This document shows, one piece after another, positions 38,661 to 53,039 of a DNA stretch of 64,000 nt (positions within the stretch are counted from its first letter, which is position 1; every line of letters begins with the position of its first letter). The stretch comes from Octopus vulgaris (Eukaryota). A program made the translations under genes and the position numbers. The notes beneath the pieces were generated by a model. The model saw only the letters and a program-made list of their open reading frames with translations, did not search any database and was not told the DNA's origin. Where the stretch lies: the NCBI GenBank assembly GCA_951406725.2, contig OX597816.1, positions 155,806,001 to 155,870,000 of the forward strand, written 5' to 3'.

Positions 38661-41059
38661 ATAATAATAATAATAATGATAATAATAATAATAATCGTAA
38701 TGATTGTTATAATGTTGATTTCTAACATAGATGCATGAAGGGAAAAGTTTGGATAGAATGGGCTATATTATGAAGGTATAATTGATGATATTTTTCCCGG
38801 GACTTCAGTGGTATTTTATTTTATTGACCCTGAAGAAATGATTGGCAAGGATGAGCACCAAATTCAAAATTAGAATGCAAAGAAACTTAACTAAATGAGA
38901 TATGGCATTTTGATTGCTGCCTTAACGATCTTGTGAACCCACAGCCCTTGTTCATTAAAATAAAATAACTATCATAAAATTAATAATTATAACATATTAT
39001 CATAATTGTAACATATTTATTATGTAATATATTAAATGTAGTCAACCCCAATCATTAATGCTGTGTCTGAGAAGTATAATAAATTAGTAACATAAACTTT
39101 TATGAAGAAAAGAAAAGCAAAAACAAAAACGAGAACAACAATAACAATAACCAAATCATTGCTTTTAATGTTTTTAGTTTTTAAAGCGAAACCAAACCTT
39201 TGAAATATTTAAATATATTAAAGTCATTAAATATTTCTCTAAAGTAATAAACAAAACACACCCTCACTAGCACACACTAGCACACATAATACCAACAACA
39301 GCAACAACCGTTCAAGAATTTGGACCTGGAGATCTCCATTTCCAGCGACTTTGAGGGCCACCTCCCAGTGGTGTTGGGCGTCAACGAAGAGCCCTCGACT
39401 ACAACAAGATGACAAAAGTTTTTTTTCCAAGGTCTGGGGTCTCCCACCCCTAAGCTCTAGACCATCACCTAATCACCCTTACCCGTCTTGTTGCTTAACA
39501 ACAACAACAACAGCAACAGTAACAAAAGCTATAGAAGTTTAACAGTTATTAATTTGTTTTGACAAGAAAGAGGCTCAGTTTTCATCAAATTCTTGGCTGA
39601 TAGATTTGATTGATTTATTTGAACTGACATTGGCAAATATATCTAACTCTAATTGGCTCAGTCCACTAAGCTCTAGAGTGGCTTCATGAGGTAGTTAAAG
39701 CTTCAAAATATACAGGAAGGAATTGCTGTATGCCTAAAGCATACTTTGATAACTTTGCAGTACCATTTTGATTAATAGTTGTTGTTGTTGGTGGTGGATA
39801 TCTTCCCTCTTATTTCCTCTACAATTCTGAGTTAAATAATTTATTTTACTGACAATTACAACCAGTCAAACATATAAAAATACCCAGAAAATGTTTGTAA
39901 CAACTTTAAAAAAAAAAATTACAAATCATTATTTGAATGCTAAAATTTTGTATAAAGACATTCTATTGTTGTTGTTTCATCATAAGTCAAGTTTGACTAA
40001 ACAGGGCTATGTCATAGATTCTGAAACTGTGACTATCTTTGGCCTTTGTCTAAGGCAAAGCATAGTTAAAACTACTTTGTACAATACTCCTTACCATTCT
40101 GAAGAACACTGGGTGTGATTTGAAGGAAATATTGCTGCTATTTCTCTAACAGATCAACTAACCATGTAGACATTTCCTAAATGTATTAATCGGTTATATT
40201 ATGCAGTATATTCTAATGAAACCAAGAGAGATTTGACCAGTCTCTCGCTTTACACTTACTTTTATATCATAGAGGTACATTGATCAAAAAGGCCCAACTT
40301 GTATTGTAAGCTGCAAGTTTTGAAATTACACAAAATAATTAATCCACATAGGAATATTATCACAGTTGTAAATAACATTCTGCTGTAGGAAATAATAGCT
40401 GATCACCCACCTCCTTTGGACCTTACAATGTCAAATACCTATTTACATTGGAAATCATAAGGGAAAATCAGCTGTTGAGATACTTTGCTCCATACAAAAG
40501 CTGCTGGTACTACTCAGAGGATTTGCAAGCTCTTCTTCTAAATCTACTACAATGTTGGAAACCTTCCATATTGTCAGCAGGCATCTCCAGGTCAAAAGTG
40601 CTTGCCCCTTAATGTGCAGGCTTTGCCAGTGTAGGGAAGCAAGACCTGAATTAGTTTCCACCTGTGGAAAGATTCCACATACAGTCTCTTACCAACCACA
40701 GCCTACATGAGCAGTCATTTATAAATACATTCAAGAAAGGCTTATCAATTCTAAATGTTATATGGTTAGACATAAATGTACATAACATACATTTATATGT
40801 ATATAACTAACTTGTGTGCTACTATACTAATTAGATGACAAACTATGATGTAAAAATAAAAATAGCAGAAAAATTATATTTAAGTATCTAATTTGATAGA
40901 GAAAAGAAGAAAATTGGCTAGAACTCTGGTAACACAACTGCCTGACAAGACACAGATACATAGTTCAGATCTTGCTAGTGAGCTGTTTCTGTTTTCTCTC
41001 TCAAACTGGTGTTATTTTATAACGACAAATTTCACTATAAATCTACATACGTACATATA

Positions 41060-41064
41060 TTGAT

Positions 41065-41102
<38 letters not shown>

Positions 41103-41165
41103 GTTTGTGTGTGTGTGCATATAAAAACGTGTATGTATATATACATATGTTTGTATGTATAGATG

Positions 41166-41225
<60 letters not shown>

Positions 41226-41500
41226 GTGCACCTATATATTGCAAGAGACCTATCTGCATATAGTGTCTATTTGTATGTATCTGGATGTGTGTGTGTGTGT
41301 GTATGTGTGTATGAATATTTGTTGTGTCCACACCTGCTTTATTTTATATCATTCGCGTGTAATTACTTCATTTCTTTCTGGTTTCAGAGTTCCATGACTC
41401 TAAGATGTGTTTCTGCTTTGTCAAATAAGACAAGCAGAGTTATGAGCCCTTTTGCTATCATTGATAAGATTAACAATCATAAATGTTTCACACTATAATC

Positions 41501-41531
<31 letters not shown>

Positions 41532-41700
41532 GATATAAAATATTTTCTGTTGTTATATTAGTATTAACAATGATCAATCAATAGAAACTTCATTACTTCT
41601 TCTTCTTCTTTATCATCATCATCATAATCATCACCATCTTCAAAATCATTACAATTCCTTTTACCTTGTCCCCACTGTTAATGAGATATTGGATCTTTGA

Positions 41701-41735
<35 letters not shown>

Positions 41736-42133
41736 CATTATTATTATTATCATTATTATTATTATCATTCAGACATATAAAGAAGAAATGTTGTAAAAGA
41801 CATAAACAAAACAATGATATTATCATGAAAGGAGAATTAAAAAATAAAAGAAAAAAGAAAGTGCAAGGAAAGAGTTCTTTGAAAACATAATCCAATTTCA
41901 AATATTCTCAGTACGAATAAATATAATCTTTGATGCAGATTTAAAAGAAAATAATTTAAATGAGTATGGATAAAAAAATAAAAAAATAAGTAGCATACAT
42001 ATATATTGTAAAGTCACACCTCCTCTACTCACAGATCTTGACTTAACTGAAATATGGCAGAAAATATAGACAATTACACTTGCTTAAAATTATGAAGGTC
42101 TGGCATGAAGAGATTTAATACGTACATACATAC

Positions 42134-42172
<39 letters not shown>

Positions 42173-42355
42173 AATGTATGTATGTATGCATACATACACA
42201 CATACATATACATATATATTTATCCATGTAAGAGACATATGTAAGCACATGTGTCTAGATACATATGTATATGTTATATTTCTTTTGTATATATGTTTAT
42301 TTATACATGCTACTGATATATTCCTTTTTCCCTTCACATATACATGCATATGATA

Positions 42356-42397
<42 letters not shown>

Positions 42398-43159
42398 CAT
42401 ATATATATATATACATATGTGTGTATATATATGTGTATATATATATATATGTGTATATATATTCTCACACATATATATACATATATACACACACACATAT
42501 ATATATATATATGTACATATGTATATATATATTTATCCATACATACACACATGTGTGTGTGTGTGTTTGTATGTATGTACGCATGTAACAAGACCATCAT
42601 ACATTTTGACCAAAATTTTAAGTAATATTTCACTTTATACTAGATAAATTCAATTTTGATTATTTCATCCTGATTGCACGATCCCCCAAATTTGTAAACA
42701 ACACCATTGTTTGAGATAAAAATTCATAATAATTGTAATTATTATTACAATAGCAATAAGAACAACCATAATCATCATTCATCTCTCCAACATCTATCAT
42801 CATAAAATTCCACTCGATGCTCATTAGTTTAAATATATAAGATTTTTGTTTCTCCTCTGAACTGTAATATGTGTGATGCTAGTTTTGAGGTTAATTTTGC
42901 ATTAAATATTATAGTCACACTATATTATATAGTCAAGTATGACTTCTTTAATGGTATTATGATATTTGTTGTTAGTTTAATTAATTGATTAATTAATTAA
43001 TTAATTAATTGATTAATTGCTTATTTAATTAGTTTCATTGCACTGTCAATAAAATGATATTCTGAAGTGATCATATTACTGAAAAATGCTTTTAATTAAT
43101 CCCGTCCCAGCATTAAAATTTCCTTTGCTATATGCATATAAGCAAGTGCATGTATGTAC

Positions 43160-43209
<50 letters not shown>

Positions 43210-43252
43210 ATGTATATACATGTATGTATGTATATACATGTATGTATGTATA

Positions 43253-43301
<49 letters not shown>

Positions 43302-43988
43302 ATGTATATATATATGTATAAATATATGTATGATATATATATATACATATATATTTATATATATATTTATATATATATATATATATATATAAGCTTAAAT
43401 GCACACGTTTACATATACATTCACACACACACATAAATGTGGATATACATCCACATAGGTATATATCTATATATATATGTACGTATATGTATATATATAT
43501 ATATATATATATGTGTGTATATATATATATACATATATATGTATATATATGTATATACATATATAGATATATGTATATGCATGTGTATATACATATAGAT
43601 ATATATATATTTGTATGTGAATATATATGTGCATATATATGTACCTTACATATATATATGTACATATATATGTATATATATATATATACACATATATATG
43701 TGCCAATGGGATCGGTTGTTTGGTTCAGTGAGCTTCGTGAATTATGAATCGTTGAGAAGATCTTCAAGAAGGTCACTGAGAAACACAACGGGTTTCGTTG
43801 TCTGGACAAACTAATTAAATTCGTTATACTCTTCTAATTTCTTATTGGTTTCATTGGTATAGTATGAGGTTCCTCTTTTTGTAACGAAGACACAATGTAA
43901 TACATTTTAACATGTATATATGTTGTGTATGTCTGTGTATATATGTATGAAAGCATATATATATATACATACACACTCACACACATAC

Positions 43989-44074
<86 letters not shown>

Positions 44075-44460
44075 AAATAAACACGTACATATATACATGT
44101 ATATACACATATAAATAAAGAGAGAGAAAGATACAGAGAAGCAGAGATGTGCATTTATATATCCATATATGATGTATATATATATGTATATATACATATG
44201 TATGTATGTATATATATAGATACCTGCAGCCATACATATGTACACACATATCACTCATATCTATGAAATGTACATAATGTGTACATGTTATGTGTGAGTT
44301 TTTATGTATGTAATGGCTATATAATCTCTATATATAGTGTATATTTGCATACATATATATGTATATGTATGCACACATGCACACACACTTACAGACACAT
44401 ACACATGCACCGCACACACATGTACATAAAACGTGTATGCCTTCTCTTGCTCTCTCTCTC

Positions 44461-44532
<72 letters not shown>

Positions 44533-44730
44533 TTATGTCTATAGATGTGTGTGTGTGTATTTATGTATATATATATATATATATGCATATATATATATAT
44601 ACATGCATACATATGTGTGTGTGAATATACATATCCACACATTAACACATACACAGGATCGCACACATACACACATACACACACACATACATATATATAT
44701 ACATATATATACATATATATATATATGCAT
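41060..44730. repeat. Compound (TA)n/(CA)n microsatellite field
   Basis: Long interrupted dinucleotide arrays immediately downstream of the mGluR stop codon. Confidence 0.85.
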
Positions 44731-44848
44731 CATGTTTATGTATTTTCTTGTTCGTTACACTTATTCATTTAATTCATTTATTTAAACAAATTTAATTCAA
44801 TTTATATTTTATAATTCAGTTTAATATGTTATTTTGTTTTCATAGATA

Positions 44849-45190
44849 TCAAGTTGGTGTTCTAGCCATAGCAGCCCCTTCGTCACAAGATGTGTCATCG
44901 ATGCTGTCTGAAAAAGCCATTTCAGGTGGCTTGTTGTCTTCCAGACCAACTATACTTCCATTTTGTGTCGTCATTCTGGGTTCCAGTTTGTGAGCTGTAG
45001 CCGCAGCGAAAAAGGGGCGACTACTCTTGGCTATTGCTCCGCAGGTAGAACTGTGTATGGATGTTGCGTTGGCATTGCGTGTGTTTTTCTGTGGCTGGCA
45101 TAAAACAATATAAATTTTCGGCGCGAACAGGCAGGCCAGTGCTACCGTCGCGCTAATGCTGACACACATGCATAACGATGTAATCTGGAT
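44849..45190 (-). CDS. Metabotropic glutamate receptor-like class C GPCR, last coding exon (TM7 + cytoplasmic tail)
   Basis: Minus-strand acceptor TTTTCTCTTATTTTGCAG| then IQITSLCMCVSISATVALACLFAPKIYIVLCQPQKN..., the class C TM7 FxPKxYIxLxxPxKN signature. 342 nt, phase 0, ends ARTPT*. Confidence 0.9.
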   Translation of the reverse strand: MQITSLCMCVSISATVALACLFAPKIYIVLCQPQKNTRNANATSIHSSTCGAIAKSSRPFFAAATAHKLEPRMTTQNGSIVGLEDNKPPEMAFSDSIDDTSCDEGAAMARTPT

Positions 45191-45222
45191 CTGCAAAATA
45201 AGAGAAAACATTGATGAGTAAT

Positions 45223-45265
<43 letters not shown>

Positions 45266-45267
45266 GG

Positions 45268-45712
45268 TATAAAAGATGAACAACAGCAAATATTCTGCTC
45301 AATACCATAAAATTCCTTGTCAGTTGTTTGACCATAACCTGTTGAGTATGTCCCTTAGTGGCTGACGATATGTGCATCTCTGTTGATGAGCATCATAACC
45401 ATGTTTTGAGAGGAATTCTTTGGCGTTTGGATAATTCACCTCTGGAAACTTTTTTTTTTTTTATTATTCATCATCTTTAAACAACCCTTATTCAGGGACC
45501 TTTTGAGCGGGATGGGCTACTCGACCTGAAGAAAATTCTAACTGGACCCCACCTGCAAGGTCATGTGCTGTTTATAAGATCACAATGTCGCGCACATATG
45601 GTTATGATGCATGTGCCTGGTGTACCCTTATCAGACGTGTAGTCATAATGGGTATACTGGGCTTCATATATTTTACTCCAGTGCCACTTAGATGGCATGC
45701 ACTGATCTCTCA
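45268..45712. mobile_element. Interspersed repeat family D (second copy at 61080-61337)
   Basis: tataaaagatg..cagcaa.tattctgctcaatacca..ttgtcagt.gtttgacc..tgtcccttagtggctga is shared between the two loci. Confidence 0.65.
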
Positions 45713-45718
45713 TACATA

Positions 45719-45845
45719 CAGTAAACCCTCGACTATCGCGAGTGTTACGTTTCAAAACCCTGCAACAGGTGAAAAAGTGAGGAATTGACGAAAGCTTAAA
45801 TAATAAACCAAGACAGGTGAGCCGCGATATGGCGAAGGATTACAG
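45719..45845. mobile_element. MITE with pogo/Tigger-type TIRs and TA target duplication
   Basis: TA|CAGTAAACCCTCGACTATCGCG ... CGCGATATGGCGAAGGATTACAG|TA. Confidence 0.65.
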
Positions 45846-45856
45846 TACATACATCC

Positions 45857-45903
<47 letters not shown>

Positions 45904-46424
45904 AGGAGACAGAGAAAGTGAGAGAAAGAGAGAATGAAACAAAGAGAGAAATGAGGATATGCATATCGATACCTATGTGTGTGTGTGTGCGTGTGTGTGT
46001 GTACTTCGTTTTTGTATCTGGTTTGCACAGTCCTTTATGTGAATTCGTGTGTTGAAACAAATTTCGTTGTGTCTGGGATGAGTTATGCTGCCTTAATATC
46101 CAAAACACGCACCGGTTCAATTTCCACACATTTATTTATGTTTTTGGTGGAGTCTTCCAAAATTTTCGTTGCTTTCGCAACCTTTGTCACTAGATGTTGG
46201 CTCAATTTAGAAACCGACTCTTTCTCTATTGGCAAAAATCTTGAAATAAAACTGATCACCTACCTACCTACCTACCTACCTACCTGCCCTACCTACCTTC
46301 CTACCTACCTACCTACCTACCTACCTACCTACCTACCTACCTACCTACCTACCTACTTACCTACCTACCTACCTACCTACCTACCTACCTACCTACCTAC
46401 CTACCTACCTAGATACATACATAC

Positions 46425-46850
46425 GGTGTGTACCGCCATAAAGTATGTACGGTCATACAGGTCAGCCGCCATGCTGATGTGAAAATCAGAGAGAAAGAAG
46501 ATAACCATAGACAACAACTTGAAACCTCCAGCTTCTACATCCGAATTATAAATTTACATTTTTACCAATAATAATTGGACCACTTATTTTGTGAGTAAAT
46601 ACCTAACTGAAAGTCTGAATGAGCTTGAATTTTCAGAAGAATAAATCAACCAACTAACTCGCCCGTTACAAAAACAATCTGTAAGTGGAAATAAAAATAT
46701 ACAAGCCTTCTCAAATTCAAAATGTGACAGTGTTTTTCTTATCTACATACCAACGCTGGAGCTTTGTATCTTTGTCAGAAACCAACTCCTTCCTTAGAGG
46801 AAAAATTTTAATAATTGAAAAGAGAAAGAACATACGTAATATATACATAT
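46425..46850 (+). mobile_element. R4-like REL retrotransposon 3' fragment, (TACA)n-associated family
   Basis: Decayed KIREKEDN..LLHPNYKFTFLPIIIG..QSVSG, plus a 3' UTR (ggagctttgtatctttg..agaaacca.ctcc) shared with the copies at 51.4, 53.5 and 55.5 kb. Confidence 0.65.
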
Positions 46851-46863
46851 ATGTATGTATTAC

Positions 46864-47002
46864 GGTGCAGGAGTGGCTGTGTGGTAAGTAGCTTGCTTAC
46901 CAACCACATGGTTCTGGGTTCAGTCCCACTGCGTGGCACCTTGGGCAAGTGTCGTGGATTTGGTAGACGGAAACTGAAAGAAGCCCGTCGTATATATATG
47001 TA

Positions 47003-47058
<56 letters not shown>

Positions 47059-47290
47059 AGTGTATATGTTTGTGTGTCTGTGTTTGTCCCCCCAACATTG
47101 CTTGACAACCGATGCTGGTGTGTTTACGTCCTCGTAACTTAGCGGTTCGGCAAAAGAGACCGATAGAATAAGTACTAGGCTTACAAAGAATAAGTCCTGG
47201 GGTCGATTTGCTCGACTAAAGCCGGTGCTCCAGCATGGCTGCAGTCAAATGACTGAAGCAAGTAAAAGAGTAAAAAAAGAGTAAAGAGTA
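46864..47290 (+). mobile_element. SINE family A with CpGs largely intact
   Basis: Full head and tail, with a small internal deletion. Confidence 0.85.
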
Positions 47291-47406
47291 TAGATATCCA
47301 CAAACGCACACGCACACCCATATATATATATATGCATATATACATGCAAACACACATACATACACATACACATTCATACACATACACATACAATCATGCA
47401 TACATA

Positions 47407-48265
47407 TAGGGTATCCCAAAAGTCACTGAGGTGTCACAATCTTTGATAATCCTTTTACTTTTTTACCTTTTTCTTTCATTTTCAGATATTTTATGGACTA
47501 GGTACTGGACATTAATTAGCGAAAAACATGGCACCGCACTAAGTACCCAAGTGGTGAAATTGTTCTATCAAAATCAGGGGTCTGTTATTCAAACCCAGAG
47601 CGCACCAAAGAGAATTGCACGCAATAAAGTGTACAGTAAGGTGTTTAATTACGGCGGATGAGATAACCTGGCTTTATTTCTTTGAGGACACTAATGGGAA
47701 TGCTGTTAGTGTGACTGGTGAGCGGTACAGGGCTATGATCGAGAGGTTTTTGCGCCCGGCCATTTAAAATAGGCCCGATGTGTAGTTCCAGCAATATGGG
47801 ACAACTTTTCATACTGCTAGAGAGACAATACAGTTGTTGAGGCAATGTTTTAGAGAAAGAATGATCTCTTGCGGCTGCGATGTCAACTGGCCATCGTGTT
47901 CTCCACATTTGACCAGCCTAACTTCTTGTGGGGCTACCTGAAGGTGAAGGTTTATGTCAACAAACCAGAAAGCCTAGAGCAATTGAAGGAGAGTATCACA
48001 AGAGAAATGAGGGAATTGGAGCCTGGAACACGTACATCTGTCATGCAACGTATTTTGGAAAGGCCACGGATTTGTGAAGCTGAAAATGGACGCCATTTAA
48101 AAAATGTCATGTCTCCATCGTAACGCACAAGTATAATGAAAAAGAGCTAAAGCAAATTAATCTCCGTTATCTCCCCTATATTGAATTAAAATTTCATACG
48201 CTTACTTGTAAAAATAAGGGAGTTATTAAAAATGAAAACTCCTCAGTGACTTTTGGGCTACCCTG
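47407..48265 (+). mobile_element. Tc1/mariner-superfamily (Tc3/maT-like) transposon, internally deleted, TIRs intact
   Basis: TA|TAGGGTATCCCAAAAGTCACTGAGG ... CCTCAGTGACTTTTGGGCTACCCTG|TA. Transposase remnants VTGERYRAMI, FQQYGTTFHTA, NWPSCSPHL and FLWGYLKVKVY. Confidence 0.88.
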
Positions 48266-48734
48266 TACATACTTCTCACAAACACACATGTACACACGAG
48301 TGTACACACATTCACACATACACGCATAATTTTTAATCAGTGGGAAGCAAAGCCTGATATTTTAGATTTCAACTAACAATAACAAACATCAATATATCAC
48401 TCAGCTATAGAAATTAAAAATGTACGCTGATAAACATGAAAGCGTCAGACGCCAGCGGGCAGAATATTATCCTTCGATTGTTTACAAATTTCGAAAAGGT
48501 AATAACGTTTTATAAGGGAGATCACTCTCACGGAATTATAAAAATTGATTAATTAAAGGGAAGTAATTCGTATACTCAAATTTGTAGAATCTCGCTCAAT
48601 CAAAGCACCGTTATATGTGCATGTACGATGAATATACACGTAGTATACTTACTCGTTTACAAATACTATAACGGATAATATATTAGAGTAAGCAAAATAA
48701 ATTATAAGGCTTGTTTATCACTACACTATATATG

Positions 48735-48910
48735 GGCGTAGGAGTGGCTGTGTGGTAAGTAGCTTGCTTCCCAGCCTCATGGTTCCGGGTTCAGTCCCAC
48801 TGAGTGGCACCTTGGGCAAGTGTCTTCTACTATAGCCTCGGGCTGACCAAAGCCTTGTGAGTGGATTTGGTAGAAGGAAACGGTAATCCCATGGTATATA
48901 TGTAAAGAAG

Positions 48911-48966
<56 letters not shown>

Positions 48967-49160
48967 GCATGTTTGTGTGTCTGTGTTTGTCCCCCAGCAT
49001 CGCTTGACAACCGATGCCGGTGTGTTTACGTCCCCGTAACTTAGCGGTTCGGCATAATAGACCAATAGAATAAGTACCAGGCTTACAAAGAATAAGTCGT
49101 TAGGTCGATTTGCTCGACTAAAGACGGTGCTCAAATGACTGAAACAAGTAAAAGAATAAA
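48735..49160 (+). mobile_element. SINE family A
   Basis: tRNA head, (TA)n core and tail. CpGs intact. Confidence 0.85.
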
Positions 49161-49448
49161 ACAGTAAAGAGACAAAGAGAGAGAACAAAAGATAGACAGA
49201 TAAATAGAGAGAGATTGATAGAAAAGAGAGAGAGAGAGAGACAGAGGCAGAGAGAGAAATATGGATATGCATATCGATACCTATATGTGTGTAAAATACG
49301 TCAGTTAAAGCAATCTTTCAGGGTCTGTTTATGCGCTATATGTATTCTAAAAACTAGGACGCTAGGCAGTAAGAAATTAACAAAAAACGTGGAGAAGTTA
49401 GGTGCAAAAAATGGAAAGCGAAAAAGGAAACTCACAGAAACACGCACG

Positions 49449-49493
<45 letters not shown>

Positions 49494-50326
49494 TCGCATA
49501 CATATTAGCATACACAGATGCGCGAAAGAAATATTTTTTAGCTGTCGAATCAGAAAGGGAGCAACAACCCAGAAATCCTCGTTCGTTGTTTTATAAAACA
49601 GATTCAACTCAATTCCCCTTGTTTGTCCTCTCTATGTTTAGCCTCTTGTGGGCAATAAAGAAATAAGAAACGGATTTTCATCCTCTAAATTCATGGTTTA
49701 TCATATTCCCACAATGTATATCAAAGGATAGAAGGGTGGTATTTTGGCAGGATGGTTAGAACTTTGATGAAAATATTTTGCTCTATGGAGTTGCATCCCT
49801 TCATATTTTAACTACTCATCTGTTGATATCGACTTTGCATTTTATTATTTGAGACAACACAAAATAAAAGTACTGGCAATTATTGCGATCGATTTAATGG
49901 AATATTTACTCCTCCCCAAAAGTGTGTTGATGTGAGGATGTTTAGAAATCAGTGTATAAAGACTGTAGTATAAAAGACTAGTATAGTATAGAAGACTGTA
50001 GTATGAAAGGAGCGGTAGAAAGTTGGGAAAAAAAAAGGGCGTGCTGTGTGGAATTCAATGGGGCATCTCCGTCATGTCATCTGAAAGCCAAATTTTATTG
50101 CCATCATAAAATACATCAACACACACACACAAACTGCCACACACTCTGTTTATACACACATATATATATATATATATATTATATGTAGAAAAATACAAAC
50201 TGGGACTAGAACGTAAAACATTTAGAAGACGATACAAAAAACACGGACGGGACATTCGAAGCCTTCAATCTTCAGTCAAGAACCGGATCATCCTCGCAAT
50301 TTCGGCTGATTAATCTTGTATGTATG

Positions 50327-50469
<143 letters not shown>

Positions 50470-51004
50470 AATTATACTAATAAACACAAACATGTGTACG
50501 CACATACGCACATATATAGCGTTTTCCTCTCCGTTATCCATGCAGCCCCCACTCACTCTTTCAGGTGTTACTGCATATATTGTTTTACAACTGACTGACG
50601 ATTTGTTATTTGTTTTCAGTGTGAAGCTTTCCCTCTCATGCCTTTTAGTCACTTCTCTCGTCTTCTTTCGATGTCCAATACAAACCTCCATTTTAGCTAC
50701 ACGCCAACAACATCCCTCAACGTACGCAGCCACTATTCTGTAATTCCTTCATATTTTAGGCACTTCCTTCGATGAGCCCGCTCTGTGTTGCATTCCGAAA
50801 GTACCATCGACTTAACAATGGAGACTTTTTTTCGTCCGGAGAACTTGGTATGTATGTATGTATGTATGTATGTATGTATGTATGTATGTATGTATGTATG
50901 TATGTATGTATGTATGTATGTATGTATGTGTTGTATTTATGTATGTACGTACGTATGTATGTCTGTATGTATGTATGTATGTATGTATGTATATATATGT
51001 TTTG

Positions 51005-51290
51005 TTTTATGCATGTATTCTCATGCATATAGTTAAATATCTAGACATGCTCATATATATTTAAATGATAAACTTCTGGAAAGTTTTACAGATTTTTTCA
51101 GTTCCAAGGATGAACTGGATCTGTAGTCTTTGAATTAACTTTCTCCTTTCTGGTTTTGAGAATCCTAATTTCTCAAGATCGGTATTTAGGCAGTGTGTTA
51201 CATATCCCAGTGCTCCAATTATTACAGGTATAAATCTGAACTTGTAATCTGTATAGTGTAACTGCATATTTCTCAGTAGTTCAGCGTATG
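51005..51290 (-). mobile_element. R4-like REL retrotransposon 3' end embedded in (TATG)n
   Basis: YAELLRNMQLHYTDYKFRFIPVIIGALG..ILGTEKICKTFQKF. (TATG)n arrays directly abut both ends. Confidence 0.8.
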
Positions 51291-51342
51291 CATGCATGCA
51301 TGCATGCATGTATGTATGTATGTATGTATGTATGTATGTATG

Positions 51343-51373
<31 letters not shown>

Positions 51374-51974
51374 GTACGTCTCTTCTAGTTTTAATTATTA
51401 TAAATTTTCCACTGAGGAGGGAGCTGGTTTCCAACAAAGATACAAGGCTCCATCTTTGGGTATGTATGTATGTATGTATGTATGTATGTATGTATGTATG
51501 TATGTATGTATGTATGTATTATGTATGTATTATGTATGCATGCATGTATGCATGTATGTATGTATGTATGTATGTATGTATGTATGTATGTATGTATGTA
51601 TGTATGCATGCATGTATGTATGTATGCATGCATATATGTATGTATGTATGCATGTATGTATGTATATGCATACATGTATGTATGTATGCATGCATGCATA
51701 TATGTATGTATGCATGCATGTATGTATGTATGTATATGCATACATGTATGTATGTATGTATGTATGTATGTATGTATGTATGTATATGCATACATGTATG
51801 TATATGTATGTATCTATGCAAACAGATGAGTAGATACATAGGTAGATACATACCAAGATGCACAAACGAATGAAGAAAATAAAGATATATAAGGCAAGGA
51901 AGTGAAAGAAGTACATTATTCACACGGTGAAACGGGGTACTTCACACACACGCGCACGCAGGCGCGTGCGCGCG

Positions 51975-52074
51975 NNNNNNNNNNNNNNNNNNNNNNNNNN
52001 NNNNNNNNNNNNNNNNNNNNNNNNNNNNNNNNNNNNNNNNNNNNNNNNNNNNNNNNNNNNNNNNNNNNNNNNNN
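51975..52074. other. Assembly gap (100 N, probably a placeholder size)
   Basis: Run of exactly 100 N. Confidence 0.99.
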
Positions 52075-52492
52075 TGCGTAGATAGTGAAAAGTGTATTTT
52101 TAAAGATTGAACAAAGTTTTTGATATTACCTATTACTTAATGCATACGCATAAATGCAAATTAGTGAAATATTCACGCTTATTTACGTGGCAAATATAAT
52201 TAAACTAAAGTTTCTTTCATAGGTACTGGATATTATGTTTTGTTTATGGGAATAATGGAAAAACAAGAGGGAATATTTATTCTATGAGCGCTGTGTATTA
52301 AGTCTATAAAATAGTGTATATAGTATATAAAGTGCATTAAGTAATCATCCTATTCCAATTTCTTTCCCTTTTCAATGAGTAACAGATGAGCGACTGTCTT
52401 TCTATACAAACATAACAATGGCTATGCTTTCAGATATTTTAGATAAAGTTTTCAGAAATAACGCAATAGGTTTATCATTACCTGCTAGTATA

Positions 52493-52539
<47 letters not shown>

Positions 52540-52815
52540 CGCCATATCACGCTGAACAGGGGAAGCTGTTCTGCAATACATGTGTATGTGTGTGTGCGTG
52601 CGTATAATACATATATTAATATATATATGTATATGCATATATATATGTATATAAGCATACATATATATATGTTTATAAATATACACACATATATATATAT
52701 GTATATACATACATACATACATGCATATATATATATACGTACACACATTTGATAGTTGAGCCTAGAAAATCGACGTGTTAAACCAAAAGTTATGCATCAG
52801 CGTTCTGCCTGTTTC

Positions 52816-52848
<33 letters not shown>

Positions 52849-53039
52849 TGTATGTATGTATGTATGTATGTATGTATGTATGTATATATATATGTATGTA
52901 TATATATATACGTATATATACACACGTACAAATACATCTTATAGCTGAGCTACACAACCAGGCCTCTGAAACCAAAAGTTATGCATTAGCGTTCTCTCTG
53001 TCATGCCTGTTCCACGTAAAGAATATTCCAAATATTTGG

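Noticed and set aside
27526-44792. Dozens of 60-240 aa ORFs rich in YI/IY/VC/HT repeats
   Set aside because: Translations of (TA)n, (TG)n and (TATG)n microsatellites. No coding signal.
44912-44932. Homer-binding motif in the mGluR tail (PPEMAF)
   Set aside because: Spacing is PPxxxF, not PPxxF. The C-terminus RTPT is also not a typical PDZ ligand.
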